Origin: an uncultured Oscillospiraceae bacterium
GTDB lineage: Bacteria > Bacillota > Clostridia > Christensenellales > Aristaeellaceae
DNA length: 64,000 bases
Direction of reading: 5' to 3'
Assembly (NCBI GenBank): GCA_964423675.1
Contig: CAYRFP010000002.1
Span: 8,728-72,727, forward strand
The notes beneath the pieces are model-generated. The model saw only the letters and a program-made list of their open reading frames with translations, was not told the DNA's origin and did no database searches. This document shows positions 8,320-17,231 of the stretch, piece after piece. Each line of letters starts with the position of its first letter. Positions within the stretch are counted from its first letter, which is position 1. A program made the position numbers and the translations under genes.

Positions 8320-9816
8320 ATGCAGCCGCCGCAAGGGCCTTATCAGCCAGATTATCCCCCCGCCGCGCCTGGGGGAGAGCAGCAATGGACGCAAATGCCG
8401 CTGCCGAATCAGGGCGCACAGCAGCCCATGCCCGGCCAGGCACCGCCGCCTTTGCAGATGCCGGCGTATCCGCAAATGCCGGGTTCAGCGAATGGGCAGG
8501 GATTCCAGTCTGGGCAGCCCCCCGTAGCCGGAAGCCAGATACCCCCGCCGCCACAGCAGATGGTGGGCATGCATCCGCAACAGGGCGTGTATCAGCCGCC
8601 CAAGACCGGGATGCCGCGCGCGAAAAAGAACGGGAATAAGGGCGTTTATCTGGCGTTGATCGTGGTGGTGGTGGCTTTCGCTGCCTTTGCTGTGCTGCGA
8701 ATGCTGGCTCCGGGGCAGGTGGCCTATGGGTATGTGGAGGCGGGCTCCCTGAGTGCCCGCTATACGGGCGACGCCGTGGTGGTGCGCAACGAAACGGTGT
8801 ATACCCAGGACGGCGTGTCCCAGATCGATTATGGAGTGGATGAGGGCGCGGAAGTGAACCGGGCCGACCTAGTGGCTACAGTATATTCTTCCGGGTTTAG
8901 TTCCAAGGAATGGACAACCCTGCAAAACTATCGCGACCAGATCAAGGAATACCATAAAACCCTGATCGCAAACGCTGCTGCTGATACCCGTCTGATCTCT
9001 CTGATGAGCAAGGTGAAGGAACGGGCACTGGAAGCGCAGCATCTGGTGCAGGGCGCGCAGGGCAGCCTGATTGCGCAGGAAACGCTGCTGACCGAGGCTA
9101 TGCAGGATCTGCAAATCTACCTGAAACAGAAATACCCGGATGACCAGAAGCTGACCCGCCTTTACGATGACGAAAACACGCAGCTTCAGCGCATTTCCTC
9201 CTGGACGAAGCAGTATGCCGCCACAACGGCGGGCCGCGTCAGCTTCTATACGGATGGCTTTGAAACGGCGCTGAATATGAACACCTATGGCGATTATTCT
9301 CCCGCCCAGGTGCGCAGCATGTATCAGGGCAATATCCCCAGCACCGGCGATAGCTATTCCCGGAACACGGTTTCTATTTACCGGGTGGTGCGGGATGACA
9401 GCTGGGTTGTGCTGATGCTATGTAACGAAATGGAATGGACGCCTGTTAATGGCCGCACGTATAAGCTGCTGATTGAAAGCTTCGACAATACGATCGTGGA
9501 CGCCACAGTGGAATCCTTCACCCGCTCGGGCGGGGAACTGCTGGTTCGGCTGAAGATTGACGATACGTCCGCCCTGCAAAACGTGCTGTATATTCGCTCC
9601 TGTCAGGTGCAGCTGGGCGAAAGCGTGAATAGCCTGATGGTTCCCAGCCGGGCGATTTATATGAAAGAAGGGCGCAAGGGCGTGGTGATGTCCACGGAGG
9701 GCGGCGAATACTGGACCGCCGTGGAGGTTATTTCCGACGATGGGAAGGAAGCCTACATCATCCCGGAAAACCCGGGCGTGCTTTACGAAGGCGTGCGAAT
9801 CCGCCTCTCCTTCTAA
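8320..9816 (+). CDS. Membrane-anchored protein with P/Q-rich N-terminus and HlyD/membrane-fusion-like ectodomain (function unknown)
   Basis: 498 aa with strong SD AGGAGGAG. The first ~105 aa are low-complexity (PQGPYQPDYPP...QMPGQAPPPLQMP). One TM helix follows (VYLALIVVVVAFAAFAVLRML). After it come beta-rich segments flanking a long helical stretch, which is reminiscent of periplasmic-adaptor architecture. The fold assignment is by eye only. Confidence 0.4.
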   Translation: MQPPQGPYQPDYPPAAPGGEQQWTQMPLPNQGAQQPMPGQAPPPLQMPAYPQMPGSANGQGFQSGQPPVAGSQIPPPPQQMVGMHPQQGVYQPPKTGMPRAKKNGNKGVYLALIVVVVAFAAFAVLRMLAPGQVAYGYVEAGSLSARYTGDAVVVRNETVYTQDGVSQIDYGVDEGAEVNRADLVATVYSSGFSSKEWTTLQNYRDQIKEYHKTLIANAAADTRLISLMSKVKERALEAQHLVQGAQGSLIAQETLLTEAMQDLQIYLKQKYPDDQKLTRLYDDENTQLQRISSWTKQYAATTAGRVSFYTDGFETALNMNTYGDYSPAQVRSMYQGNIPSTGDSYSRNTVSIYRVVRDDSWVVLMLCNEMEWTPVNGRTYKLLIESFDNTIVDATVESFTRSGGELLVRLKIDDTSALQNVLYIRSCQVQLGESVNSLMVPSRAIYMKEGRKGVVMSTEGGEYWTAVEVISDDGKEAYIIPENPGVLYEGVRIRLSF

Positions 9817-9845
9817 GGCGGAATAAGGAAAAGGAGGAAAGGGCC

Positions 9846-10520
9846 ATGGCGGATACGCTGGCTGAGCGCGTCAGGCAGGTGCAGGAAACGCTTCGGCGGG
9901 AAAGCGCCCCGTGGGGGCGGCCGCCCAAGCTGATTGCAGTGACAAAATACGCCGCTCCGGAGCAAATTCTGCCGCTGAAAAACCTGGGCATAACGCATAT
10001 TGGTGAGAATCGCGTTCAGGTTTTGCGGGAAAAAATGCCCTTTTTGGATGAAAAATTTTCAATCCACCTCATTGGAAGGTTGCAAACCAACAAAGTTAAA
10101 TATATAATAAAAGATGTATGCATGATCCAATCGGTGGATCATCTGGCGCTGGCGCAGGAAATCGATCGTCAGGCTGGGAAAGTCAACAGGCGCATGCCTG
10201 TGCTTTTGCAGGTCAATATCGCCAGGGAGCCGCAAAAGGGCGGCGTGGCAGAAGAAGATTTGCTGCCGTTGCTGAAAAGCTGTGCGGCGTTGCCGGGCGT
10301 TCAGGTGCAGGGGCTGATGGCCATAATGCCCTTGGGCGCGGATAAAGAAACACTGGAGAAACTGTTTGCAAGAATGCGCGGGCTGTTTGACCGCTGCGCG
10401 GCGGAAGCTGTGGCGGGGACGGATATCCGCGAATTATCCATGGGCATGAGCCAGGATTATGATTTGGCAGCTCGGGCGGGCGCAACAATGGTGCGCGTGG
10501 GCTCGGCGCTATTTCGATAA
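9846..10520 (+). CDS. yggS: YggS/YlmE-family pyridoxal-phosphate homeostasis protein
   Basis: 224 aa with LIAVTKY, HIGENRVQ, IHLIGRLQTNKVKYI and LSMGMSQDY..A...GATMVRVGSALF. It sits immediately upstream of sepF, as in the distal dcw cluster. Confidence 0.9.
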   Translation: MADTLAERVRQVQETLRRESAPWGRPPKLIAVTKYAAPEQILPLKNLGITHIGENRVQVLREKMPFLDEKFSIHLIGRLQTNKVKYIIKDVCMIQSVDHLALAQEIDRQAGKVNRRMPVLLQVNIAREPQKGGVAEEDLLPLLKSCAALPGVQVQGLMAIMPLGADKETLEKLFARMRGLFDRCAAEAVAGTDIRELSMGMSQDYDLAARAGATMVRVGSALFR

Positions 10521-10538
10521 AGCAGGAGGAACACGGGG

Positions 10539-11504
10539 ATGGGAAACGGAAACTTCTTTGATAGCCTGAAGCAGAAGGCGCGGGCGCTGTATAACAATTT
10601 CTTCTATGAGGGCGAGGAAGCTCCCGCACCGCGGATAGAAGAAAGCTATCCTCCTCAGCAGGAGCAGCAGCCCTATTATCAGCAGGCGCCTCAGGGCTAT
10701 CAGCAGCAGGCTTATCAGGCTCCTGTTTATCAGCAGCAGGCCCAGCAGCCGCAATCCTATCAGGCCCCTGTTTATCAGCAGCCTGCGCCCCAGCAGCCCT
10801 TCCAGGCTCCGGCTCGGAACCGGCGGACGCAGCAGCATGCAGCGCAGCAGGAAAGCAATGTGGTGGATTTCAATGTCTATCAGCAGCAGGCGGGGGCGTA
10901 TCAGCAGTCTGTAGCGCAGCAGCCTGCGCCTCAGCAGCCCCCCTTCCAGCCGGAACAGCCGCAGCCTGCTGTCGGCGGTGCGCTGCTCAATGCCCGGGTG
11001 ATTAATGCCCGGGGCATGGGCGATTGCCGCAGCGCGATTACGCTGCTGCGGGGCGGCGATGCGGTGCTGATCGTGCTGGAAAACGTAACCGACCCTGCCG
11101 AAATGCGTCGGCTGGTGGATACCCTCAGCGGCGCTTGCTATTCCCTGACCGCTACGATTACCAAGGTTTCCCGTTATGGCGTGTATCTTCTGGCGCCCCA
11201 GACCATGGCGGTCTATGCCGATCAGGCGACGAATCAAATGAACGGTGCGCCTACACGGACGGCGCAGCGGCCTATGTATCAGCCCGGAATGAACCAGGCG
11301 GGTCAGCGCACGATGTATCAGCCCCAGAGCGCTTATCAGCAGCCGCAGCAGAATGCGGCCGGCTTCACGCAACGCTCCGCCGTAGCTGAAGAAGCGGCGC
11401 AGCCCTTCTATGCCCGCACCGCGCCGCAGGAGGCGCAGGTTCCGGCGTTCTCAGCGCAGCCTGCTGGATATGGCTATGCGCCGGATGAGGCTGTGAACCA
11501 GTAA
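10539..11504 (+). CDS. sepF: Cell division protein SepF with long Q/P/Y-rich extensions
   Basis: 321 aa. The core SepF domain is recognisable (VINARGMGDCRSAITLLRGGDAVLIVLENVTDPAEMRRLVDTLSGACYSLTATITKVSRYGVYLLAP). Low-complexity regions flank it. The yggS-sepF-yggT-divIVA order supports the call. Confidence 0.85.
   Translation: MGNGNFFDSLKQKARALYNNFFYEGEEAPAPRIEESYPPQQEQQPYYQQAPQGYQQQAYQAPVYQQQAQQPQSYQAPVYQQPAPQQPFQAPARNRRTQQHAAQQESNVVDFNVYQQQAGAYQQSVAQQPAPQQPPFQPEQPQPAVGGALLNARVINARGMGDCRSAITLLRGGDAVLIVLENVTDPAEMRRLVDTLSGACYSLTATITKVSRYGVYLLAPQTMAVYADQATNQMNGAPTRTAQRPMYQPGMNQAGQRTMYQPQSAYQQPQQNAAGFTQRSAVAEEAAQPFYARTAPQEAQVPAFSAQPAGYGYAPDEAVNQ
10713..10800 (+). repeat. Degenerate 45-nt tandem repeat inside sepF (YQAPVYQQ... 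units)
   Basis: tatcaggctcctgtttatcagcagc (10713-10737) and tatcaggcccctgtttatcagcagc (10758-10782) differ at one base. They encode YQAPVYQQQAQQPQS / YQAPVYQQPAPQQPF. Confidence 0.6.
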
Positions 11505-11536
11505 TCCGTCCTCTCTCTGGAAAGGAGAAACGAAAG

Positions 11537-11797
11537 ATGCTTATTTTCACGCTGCTGCAAAAACTGCTGAGTCTCTATGCGCTGCTTTTGCTAATTGACC
11601 TGGCGCTGCCCTATGTGACGGATGCTCAGCAGCCGTGGATGACGGCGCTGGCTCGCATTTGTGAGCCGGGAATTCGCATTGGCAATCGAGTGGCGGCGAA
11701 GCTGATTCCGGAACGCCGCACGAAGGTAAACGTGGGCGCGATCACAGCGATTGTGCTTTGCTATGTGGCCCGGCTGGTGCTGGGGCTGTTTGCGTAA
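11537..11797 (+). CDS. yggT: YggT-family membrane protein (YlmG)
   Basis: 86 aa with two hydrophobic segments. It lies in the conserved position between sepF and divIVA. SD AAAGGAGAA. Confidence 0.75.
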   Translation: MLIFTLLQKLLSLYALLLLIDLALPYVTDAQQPWMTALARICEPGIRIGNRVAAKLIPERRTKVNVGAITAIVLCYVARLVLGLFA

Positions 11798-11838
11798 TCA
11801 AATCGAATCGGCTCAAGGCCGTGAAAGGAGTTTGACCT

Positions 11839-12360
11839 ATGCCCATTACCGTTGCCATGATCGAAGAAAAAGAATTCAAGACCAAGATGCGCGGATACGA
11901 TCCGGAGGAAGTGGACGAGTTTCTTGACCAAATCTGCGACGAAATGGTAGCCATGCAGGAGGAAATCGCCACGCTGCAGGCGCGTCTGGCCCAGGCTCCT
12001 CGGAGCAGTCAGGCGGCGTATGCCCCGGCTCCCGTGCCGGCTCCTGCCCCTGCTCCTGTGAAGGAAGCGCCTAAAGCGGCCAAGGCAGAGGATGGCCAGG
12101 CGGCTCAGAAGGTGCTGGCGATGGCTCAGAAGGTGTACGAAGAAACCATTGCTGATGCGAAGGCAGAAGCGGAAAAGATTCTGTCTAATGCGCATCAGCG
12201 TGCGGATGCCGGCCTGGAAGCTCTAGAAGACGAAAAGGCGGCGCTGGAAGACCAGGTGAAGAGCCTTAAGGCTGCGGCAAAGGATTATAAGGCGCGGTTC
12301 CAGCGGCTGTTGGACGATCAGCAGCATGTGCTGAACGCGGAAGGCAAGCTGTTCGAATAA
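11839..12360 (+). CDS. divIVA: DivIVA-domain cell-division/polar-scaffold protein
   Basis: 173 aa. The N-terminal lipid-binding motif is ITVAMIEEKEFKTKMRGYDPEEVDEFLDQI. A coiled-coil rest and an A/P-rich linker follow. Confidence 0.85.
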   Translation: MPITVAMIEEKEFKTKMRGYDPEEVDEFLDQICDEMVAMQEEIATLQARLAQAPRSSQAAYAPAPVPAPAPAPVKEAPKAAKAEDGQAAQKVLAMAQKVYEETIADAKAEAEKILSNAHQRADAGLEALEDEKAALEDQVKSLKAAAKDYKARFQRLLDDQQHVLNAEGKLFE

Positions 12361-12493
12361 GCAGGGGCAGGAAACGAAAAAGCAGTCTTTTCTGGAAAAC
12401 AGGGGGACCTGCCGAGAGCCATCCCTGCGAACGGCAGCACGAAGGCAAGCACTGCAAAAAATGGGTTTTCCCCTGACACAGAGTACAAATCTG

Positions 12494-12528
12494 CGCTTGG
12501 CGCTGGAACAGGCGCCAGGCGTTTTTTA
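12494..12528 (+). terminator. Rho-independent terminator downstream of divIVA
   Basis: CGCTTGGCGC (12494-12503) pairs with GCGCCAGGCG (12512-12521). This is a 10-bp stem with one G-U pair and loop TGGAACAG, followed by TTTTTT. Confidence 0.8.
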
Positions 12529-12546
12529 TCAAGAGGAGGAAACAGT

Positions 12547-13419
12547 ATGCGATATGGCGCGCTGGAAGGCGGCGGCACGAAAATGGTGCTGGCCGTGGCG
12601 GATGAACAGATGAATATCCTAGCGAGGGAGAGCATCCCCACCACCACCCCGGATGAAACCATGGGTCGGATGATTTCTTTTTTTCAGAAAAATCCGGTGG
12701 ATGCACTGGGAATCGGCTGCTTTGGTCCGCTGGATTTGAACCCTGCGTCTCCCACCTATGGCTCCATTACCAAGACGCCCAAACTGAGCTGGCGGGATTA
12801 TCCGCTGCTTCCGGCGTTTGAAAAGGCGCTGAGCGTTCCCTGCGCCATCGATACTGATGTGAACGCAGCAGTGCTTTGCGAAGCGGAAATGGGCGCAGGC
12901 AAGGGGCTGAAAAACTGTGTGTATGTCACCATCGGCACAGGCATTGGCGGCGGCGTGTATTGCGAGGGCAATTTGGTGCACGGACTGATGCACCCTGAAA
13001 TGGGGCATTTTTTGCTGGCTCCGCATCCGGATGATCCCATGCCTCAGGGCATTTGCCCCTATCATGGCAGCTGCCTGGAAGGCCTGGCCAGTGGCCCCGC
13101 GATTGAAAAGCGCTGGGGCGTGTCGGCCAAGGAGCTGAGCCCGGATCATCCTGCCTGGAAGCTGGAAGCTCATTATCTGGCGCAGATGTGCATGGCCGCG
13201 CTGATGATTCTGTCGCCGGAAAAGATTGTGCTGGGCGGCGGCGTGATGGGGCAGACCCATCTGTTCCCCATGATTCGCCAGGAAACGCTGCGATTGATGC
13301 AGGGCTATTTGAGCTGCGTGGATAATTTGGACGAGGTGATCGTGCCCCCGGCCTGCTTCCCGGATAGCGGCCTGCTGGGATCGCTGCTGCTGGCAAAGAA
13401 GGCGCTGGAAAAAGCATGA
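12547..13419 (+). CDS. ROK-family sugar kinase (fructokinase/Mak-like)
   Basis: 290 aa with MRYGALEGGGTKMV and TIGTGIGGG. The Zn-binding ROK motif reads HPEMGH..........CPYHGSCLEG. SD AGGAGGAA. Confidence 0.8.
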   Translation: MRYGALEGGGTKMVLAVADEQMNILARESIPTTTPDETMGRMISFFQKNPVDALGIGCFGPLDLNPASPTYGSITKTPKLSWRDYPLLPAFEKALSVPCAIDTDVNAAVLCEAEMGAGKGLKNCVYVTIGTGIGGGVYCEGNLVHGLMHPEMGHFLLAPHPDDPMPQGICPYHGSCLEGLASGPAIEKRWGVSAKELSPDHPAWKLEAHYLAQMCMAALMILSPEKIVLGGGVMGQTHLFPMIRQETLRLMQGYLSCVDNLDEVIVPPACFPDSGLLGSLLLAKKALEKA

Positions 13420-14186
13420 GGGTGTTCGATACGCATTGTCATTTGGACGATGAAAGATTTGCGCCGGATCGGGAGGATGCGTATCAGCGGATGCTGAATG
13501 CGGGGGTGGAGCGCTGCGTGTGCGTTGGCAGCGATTTGTCCTCCTCCCGGCGCTGCCTGGATTTTGCGACGGAGCATGTGGGAGCATATGCTGCTGTTGG
13601 GGTGCATCCTCATGAGGCAAAGGACGTCCCGGCGAATTATCTGGAGCAGCTTGAGGCTCTGTTACAAGCTGAAAAGGCGGTGGCATTGGGGGAAATTGGT
13701 CTGGATTATTATTACGATTTTTCCCCCCGGGAAACCCAGAAAAAGGTGCTGAATGAGCAGCTGGATCTGGCGATTGCGCTGGATGTGCCGGTGATTTTCC
13801 ATATCCGGGACGCGCATGGGGACATGCTGGAGCTTTTCCGTAGCCGAAAAACGCTGCCAAGCGGCGTGATTCATTGCTTTTCCGGCAGCGCGGAAACGGC
13901 GCGGGAATATGAAAAAATGGGATTCTATTTCTCCTTTGCCGGGCCGTTAACCTTCAAAAAAGCGCCGCATCTTTGGGAAGCGGCTAAGGCAGTGTCGCTG
14001 GATCGGCTACTGGTAGAAACAGACAGCCCTTATCTGGCCCCGGAGCCCTTGCGCGGACGGCGAAATGAGCCGGCCAACGTGGTGTGGGTACTGAAAAAGC
14101 TGTCTTCGCTGCGCGAGGTTCCGGAAGAAGCCATGGCGCAGCAAACCTTTGAAAACGCCTGCCGTTTTTATCGGCTGAATCCCTGA
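13416..14186 (+). CDS. tatD: TatD-family metal-dependent hydrolase/DNase
   Basis: 256 aa with FDTHCHLDD, GEIGLDYYY, IHCFSG and ETDSPYLAP. ATGA start/stop overlap with the upstream kinase gene. Confidence 0.9.
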   Translation: MRVFDTHCHLDDERFAPDREDAYQRMLNAGVERCVCVGSDLSSSRRCLDFATEHVGAYAAVGVHPHEAKDVPANYLEQLEALLQAEKAVALGEIGLDYYYDFSPRETQKKVLNEQLDLAIALDVPVIFHIRDAHGDMLELFRSRKTLPSGVIHCFSGSAETAREYEKMGFYFSFAGPLTFKKAPHLWEAAKAVSLDRLLVETDSPYLAPEPLRGRRNEPANVVWVLKKLSSLREVPEEAMAQQTFENACRFYRLNP

Positions 14187-14277
14187 GCAGGGATGAATCT
14201 GCCCTTGCATTTCGTTGCATGGTTGAAGAAAAAGCGCCACCGATAACGGGGGACGCTGTCGAACGGAGGTGCAGCCT

Positions 14278-14823
14278 ATGAAGTATCTGCGCAGGCTGAT
14301 TTGGTATATCTGTTCTCGGCTGCTGGTGCTTTGCTGCATCCTGGGGCTGATCGTGATGGCGTTTTATTTCTCCATGAATGCCACCAACTGCTATATTCTG
14401 CTGAAGGACGGCATGGCCAAGCGCGCCCAGGTGATTATGATGGGGTCGGGTGCGGATGTGGAACTGAGCAGCTATTTCGCCCCGGCGTATCTGGATCGGG
14501 ATACGAAGCTGGTGGAAGCCAGAAACGGCCAATCCACTTATCAGACCGATTACAGCATTACAGGCTTTGACCATCGAATTACCATGAACTGTTTCTGGTG
14601 CTGGCCTTGGGAGGATACGGCTCGGGCAACCATTACCGAGCGGATTCCCGCCATTGATGGCAAGCTGAAAAGCTCCACCCGCGAAGCCGCCGCTACTGCG
14701 GGCGTGACCCTGGCCGCCACCCCCAAATGGCAGACTACCCAGTATTCCGTGATTCTTACCCGGGAAAACGGCCGATGGCATATAAAAAATATGAGCGTGG
14801 TTAAGGTGCTCAATGATGAATGA
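14278..14823 (+). CDS. Hypothetical membrane-anchored protein
   Basis: I prefer the start at ATG 14278 (SD GGAGGTG 7 nt upstream) over the track start at 14269. One N-terminal TM helix (LLVLCCILGLIVMAFYF) is present. I recognise no family. Confidence 0.5.
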   Translation: MKYLRRLIWYICSRLLVLCCILGLIVMAFYFSMNATNCYILLKDGMAKRAQVIMMGSGADVELSSYFAPAYLDRDTKLVEARNGQSTYQTDYSITGFDHRITMNCFWCWPWEDTARATITERIPAIDGKLKSSTREAAATAGVTLAATPKWQTTQYSVILTRENGRWHIKNMSVVKVLNDE

Positions 14824-15802
14824 GAAGCGTGCGGAAACGCCCTCCTTATATCTTGCCCCCATGGCGGGCATTACCGATCAGGTGTTTCGCAGACTATGCT
14901 TTGCCCATGGCTGCGATCAGGCAACCACTGAAATGGTTTCGGCTCAGGGCTTTTTAACTGCTCCCCGAGATCGAAACGCCTATCGCTTTCTTCTGGCGCG
15001 CTATCCGGAGGAAGGGCCGCTTGCTGTACAGATTTTTGGCAGCGAACCGGCTTTCATGGAGGAAGCCGCGGCCCGGCTGACGGAGATGGGACGTTTTACA
15101 GCCATTGATGTGAATATGGGCTGTCCGGCGCAGAAGGTGGTAGGCGGGCAAAGCGGCAGCGCGCTGATGAAGGATCCCGTGCTGGCGGCTCGGATCGTGG
15201 AACGAATGAAAAAGGCAACGCTGTTGCCTGTGACGGTGAAAATGCGCTTGGGCTGGGATGACGCGCATAAAAACGCCGTGGAATTCGCCCAGGCGGTGAC
15301 AGCGGCGGGAGCGGATGCGCTCACCGTGCATGGCCGGACGCGGATGCAGCAGTATTCGGGAAAGGCGGATTGGGAAATGATCGCCCGGGTGCGGGAAGCG
15401 GTGCAGGCACCGGTGATTGCCAATGGCGATATTGTGGATGGCAAAACGGCGTTGGAAGCCGCGCGTATAACGGGATGCAGCGGCTTGGCCATAGGCCGGG
15501 GCGCACTGGGCAACCCCTGGCTTTTCGAGGAAATTAAAGCTGCCTTTGCCGGGGAAAGCTATGAGCGGCCCTGCTTTGCGCAGGTGCTGGAAACATCGCT
15601 GAAGCATGCCCGAGCCATGGAGGAATGGAAGGGAACGCATAGCGCACTGCTGGAAATGCGCAAGCATTTTGGCTGGTATGTGTCCGGCCGCCGGGGCGCA
15701 GCGCAGGCACGCACAAGGATTAACCTGGCGCAGTCGCAGGACGAGGTGGAGCAGATTCTGCGGGAAATGATGCAGGAGGAGCCGCCCGCTGCTGCGCTAT
15801 AA
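14813..15802 (+). CDS. dusB: tRNA-dihydrouridine synthase (DusB-like)
   Basis: 329 aa with LAPMAGITDQVFR, DVNMGCP, VTVKMRLGWD and HGRTR..YSG.ADW. It overlaps the upstream ORF by 11 nt. Confidence 0.9.
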   Translation: MMNEKRAETPSLYLAPMAGITDQVFRRLCFAHGCDQATTEMVSAQGFLTAPRDRNAYRFLLARYPEEGPLAVQIFGSEPAFMEEAAARLTEMGRFTAIDVNMGCPAQKVVGGQSGSALMKDPVLAARIVERMKKATLLPVTVKMRLGWDDAHKNAVEFAQAVTAAGADALTVHGRTRMQQYSGKADWEMIARVREAVQAPVIANGDIVDGKTALEAARITGCSGLAIGRGALGNPWLFEEIKAAFAGESYERPCFAQVLETSLKHARAMEEWKGTHSALLEMRKHFGWYVSGRRGAAQARTRINLAQSQDEVEQILREMMQEEPPAAAL

Positions 15803-15864
15803 ATCTAATGCAAGCAAAGCACGCTGGAAACCAGAACATTCAGAAAACGAAGGAGAGCCATGCC

Positions 15865-16119
15865 GTGAACCAGGAAACAACGGGAACGGTAATTTCTGTT
15901 GCTAAGCAGTGGTGGCTCAAAATCAACCAAAAACCGATTCGAATGGGCGCTGGGGAGGGCGCGGCATTTCCGCATGTTATCAAAGTGCAATATATGGTAG
16001 GCGAAAAAAACTACGTCAAAAGAAAATGGATTGGTGCGGGACAGCCTGTTCCTGCATTGGGGAGCAATTTAACAGTCCAGTATTGTATCGATAAACCCAG
16101 GAAAGCAAAAATCATTTAA
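15865..16119 (+). CDS. Small hypothetical protein
   Basis: The track ORF is 15808-16119. GTG at 15865 has the better SD (AAGGAGAG, ~8 nt). The region is visibly more AT-rich than its neighbours. I recognise no family. Confidence 0.35.
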   Translation: MNQETTGTVISVAKQWWLKINQKPIRMGAGEGAAFPHVIKVQYMVGEKNYVKRKWIGAGQPVPALGSNLTVQYCIDKPRKAKII

Positions 16120-16232
16120 CTGCCTCAGCTTGCAAAACACAGCAGCAAAATACCGAAAGCTGATCGCCTGCCGACCGCTATCTGCGAAAGCTGGGCGATC
16201 TTTTTCTGTACATTTTCAGAAGACGTCTGCAC

Positions 16233-16265
16233 AAAAAAGCATCCGCCCAGAAAGTATGCGGATGC
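16233..16265 (-). terminator. Rho-independent terminator of the sdaAB-sdaAA operon
   Basis: The minus strand reads GCATCCGC ATACTTTCTGG GCGGATGC followed by TTTTTTGT. The stem is 16239-16246 paired with 16258-16265. Confidence 0.75.
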
Positions 16266-16319
16266 GAAATTGTTTTAGAAATAGCGGGCAAAAGAGCCGT
16301 TTTTTTTTCTGGCGGCAGT

Positions 16320-17177
16320 TTAAAGCTCCTGCTTCTTTCTGCAAACGCTGGGGCAGGCTGCGCAGCCGCCCTCGCCGGTTTCTCGCAGGGAGGGAGGCAG
16401 TTGCTCGCCCACGGCCTTCATAGCGTCGATTACTTCATCCGGAGGAATGGGGGAGGGGACGCCGGCCAGCGCCAGATCTGCCGCAACGAATGCGCCCGCG
16501 ACGCCGGAAGCATTGCGATAAACGCAGGGAACTTCCACCAGCCCGCCCACAGGATCGCACACCAGCCCCATCACGTTCATCAGCGCGAAGGCACAGGCGT
16601 CCGCGCTTTGCTTGGGAGAGCCGCCCCGCAGATAAACCAGCGCTGCCGCTGCCATGGCTGCCGCGCTGCCGCATTCTGCCTGGCAGCCGCCCTGCGCCCC
16701 GGAAATGCTGGCTCGGGCAGCAATCACTTCGCCTACCGCCGCCGCAACGATCAGGCCGTTGCGCAGGGCTTCGTTGGAAAGCTGATAAGTTTCCTGTGCC
16801 GTTAGCAGGGCTGCGGGAAGAATGCCGCAGGCGCCTGCCGTTGGCGCGGCAACGATCTTGCCCATAGCTGCATTATATTCCGCAATGGCAAGCGCCCGTG
16901 CCGCGGCCTTCCCGAGATAATCGCCGCCCACGGTCTGCCCGGCGTTGACCGCGGCTTGCAGCTTGGATGCCTGGCCGCCGGTCATGCCGCTCATGGAATG
17001 CAGGGCAGGATCAAAGCCGCGTTCCGCGCTTTGACGCATGACCTCCAGAGCCGCGTCCATCCGTGTTTCAATTTCCGATCGGGTCAGGCCATTTTGTTTT
17101 GTTTCGCTGGCGATGGCGGCTTCGGCCAAGCCAATGCCTTCGGCCTGCAAAATCAGGCTTTGCAAAGAATATTCCAT
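16320..17177 (-). CDS. sdaAA: L-serine dehydratase, iron-sulfur-dependent, alpha subunit
   Basis: Conserved GGCQAECGSAAAMAAAAL, AGACGILPA and VCDPVGGLVEVPC are present. The start is reset to ATG 17177 (MEYSLQS..., SD ACGGAGG) rather than the track start at 17213. Confidence 0.9.
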   Translation of the reverse strand: MEYSLQSLILQAEGIGLAEAAIASETKQNGLTRSEIETRMDAALEVMRQSAERGFDPALHSMSGMTGGQASKLQAAVNAGQTVGGDYLGKAAARALAIAEYNAAMGKIVAAPTAGACGILPAALLTAQETYQLSNEALRNGLIVAAAVGEVIAARASISGAQGGCQAECGSAAAMAAAALVYLRGGSPKQSADACAFALMNVMGLVCDPVGGLVEVPCVYRNASGVAGAFVAADLALAGVPSPIPPDEVIDAMKAVGEQLPPSLRETGEGGCAACPSVCRKKQEL

Positions 17178-17231
17178 AGAAACCTCCGTTGATTGGCATT
17201 CCATGTACCGCAATGGGTTCGATACAGGGGA

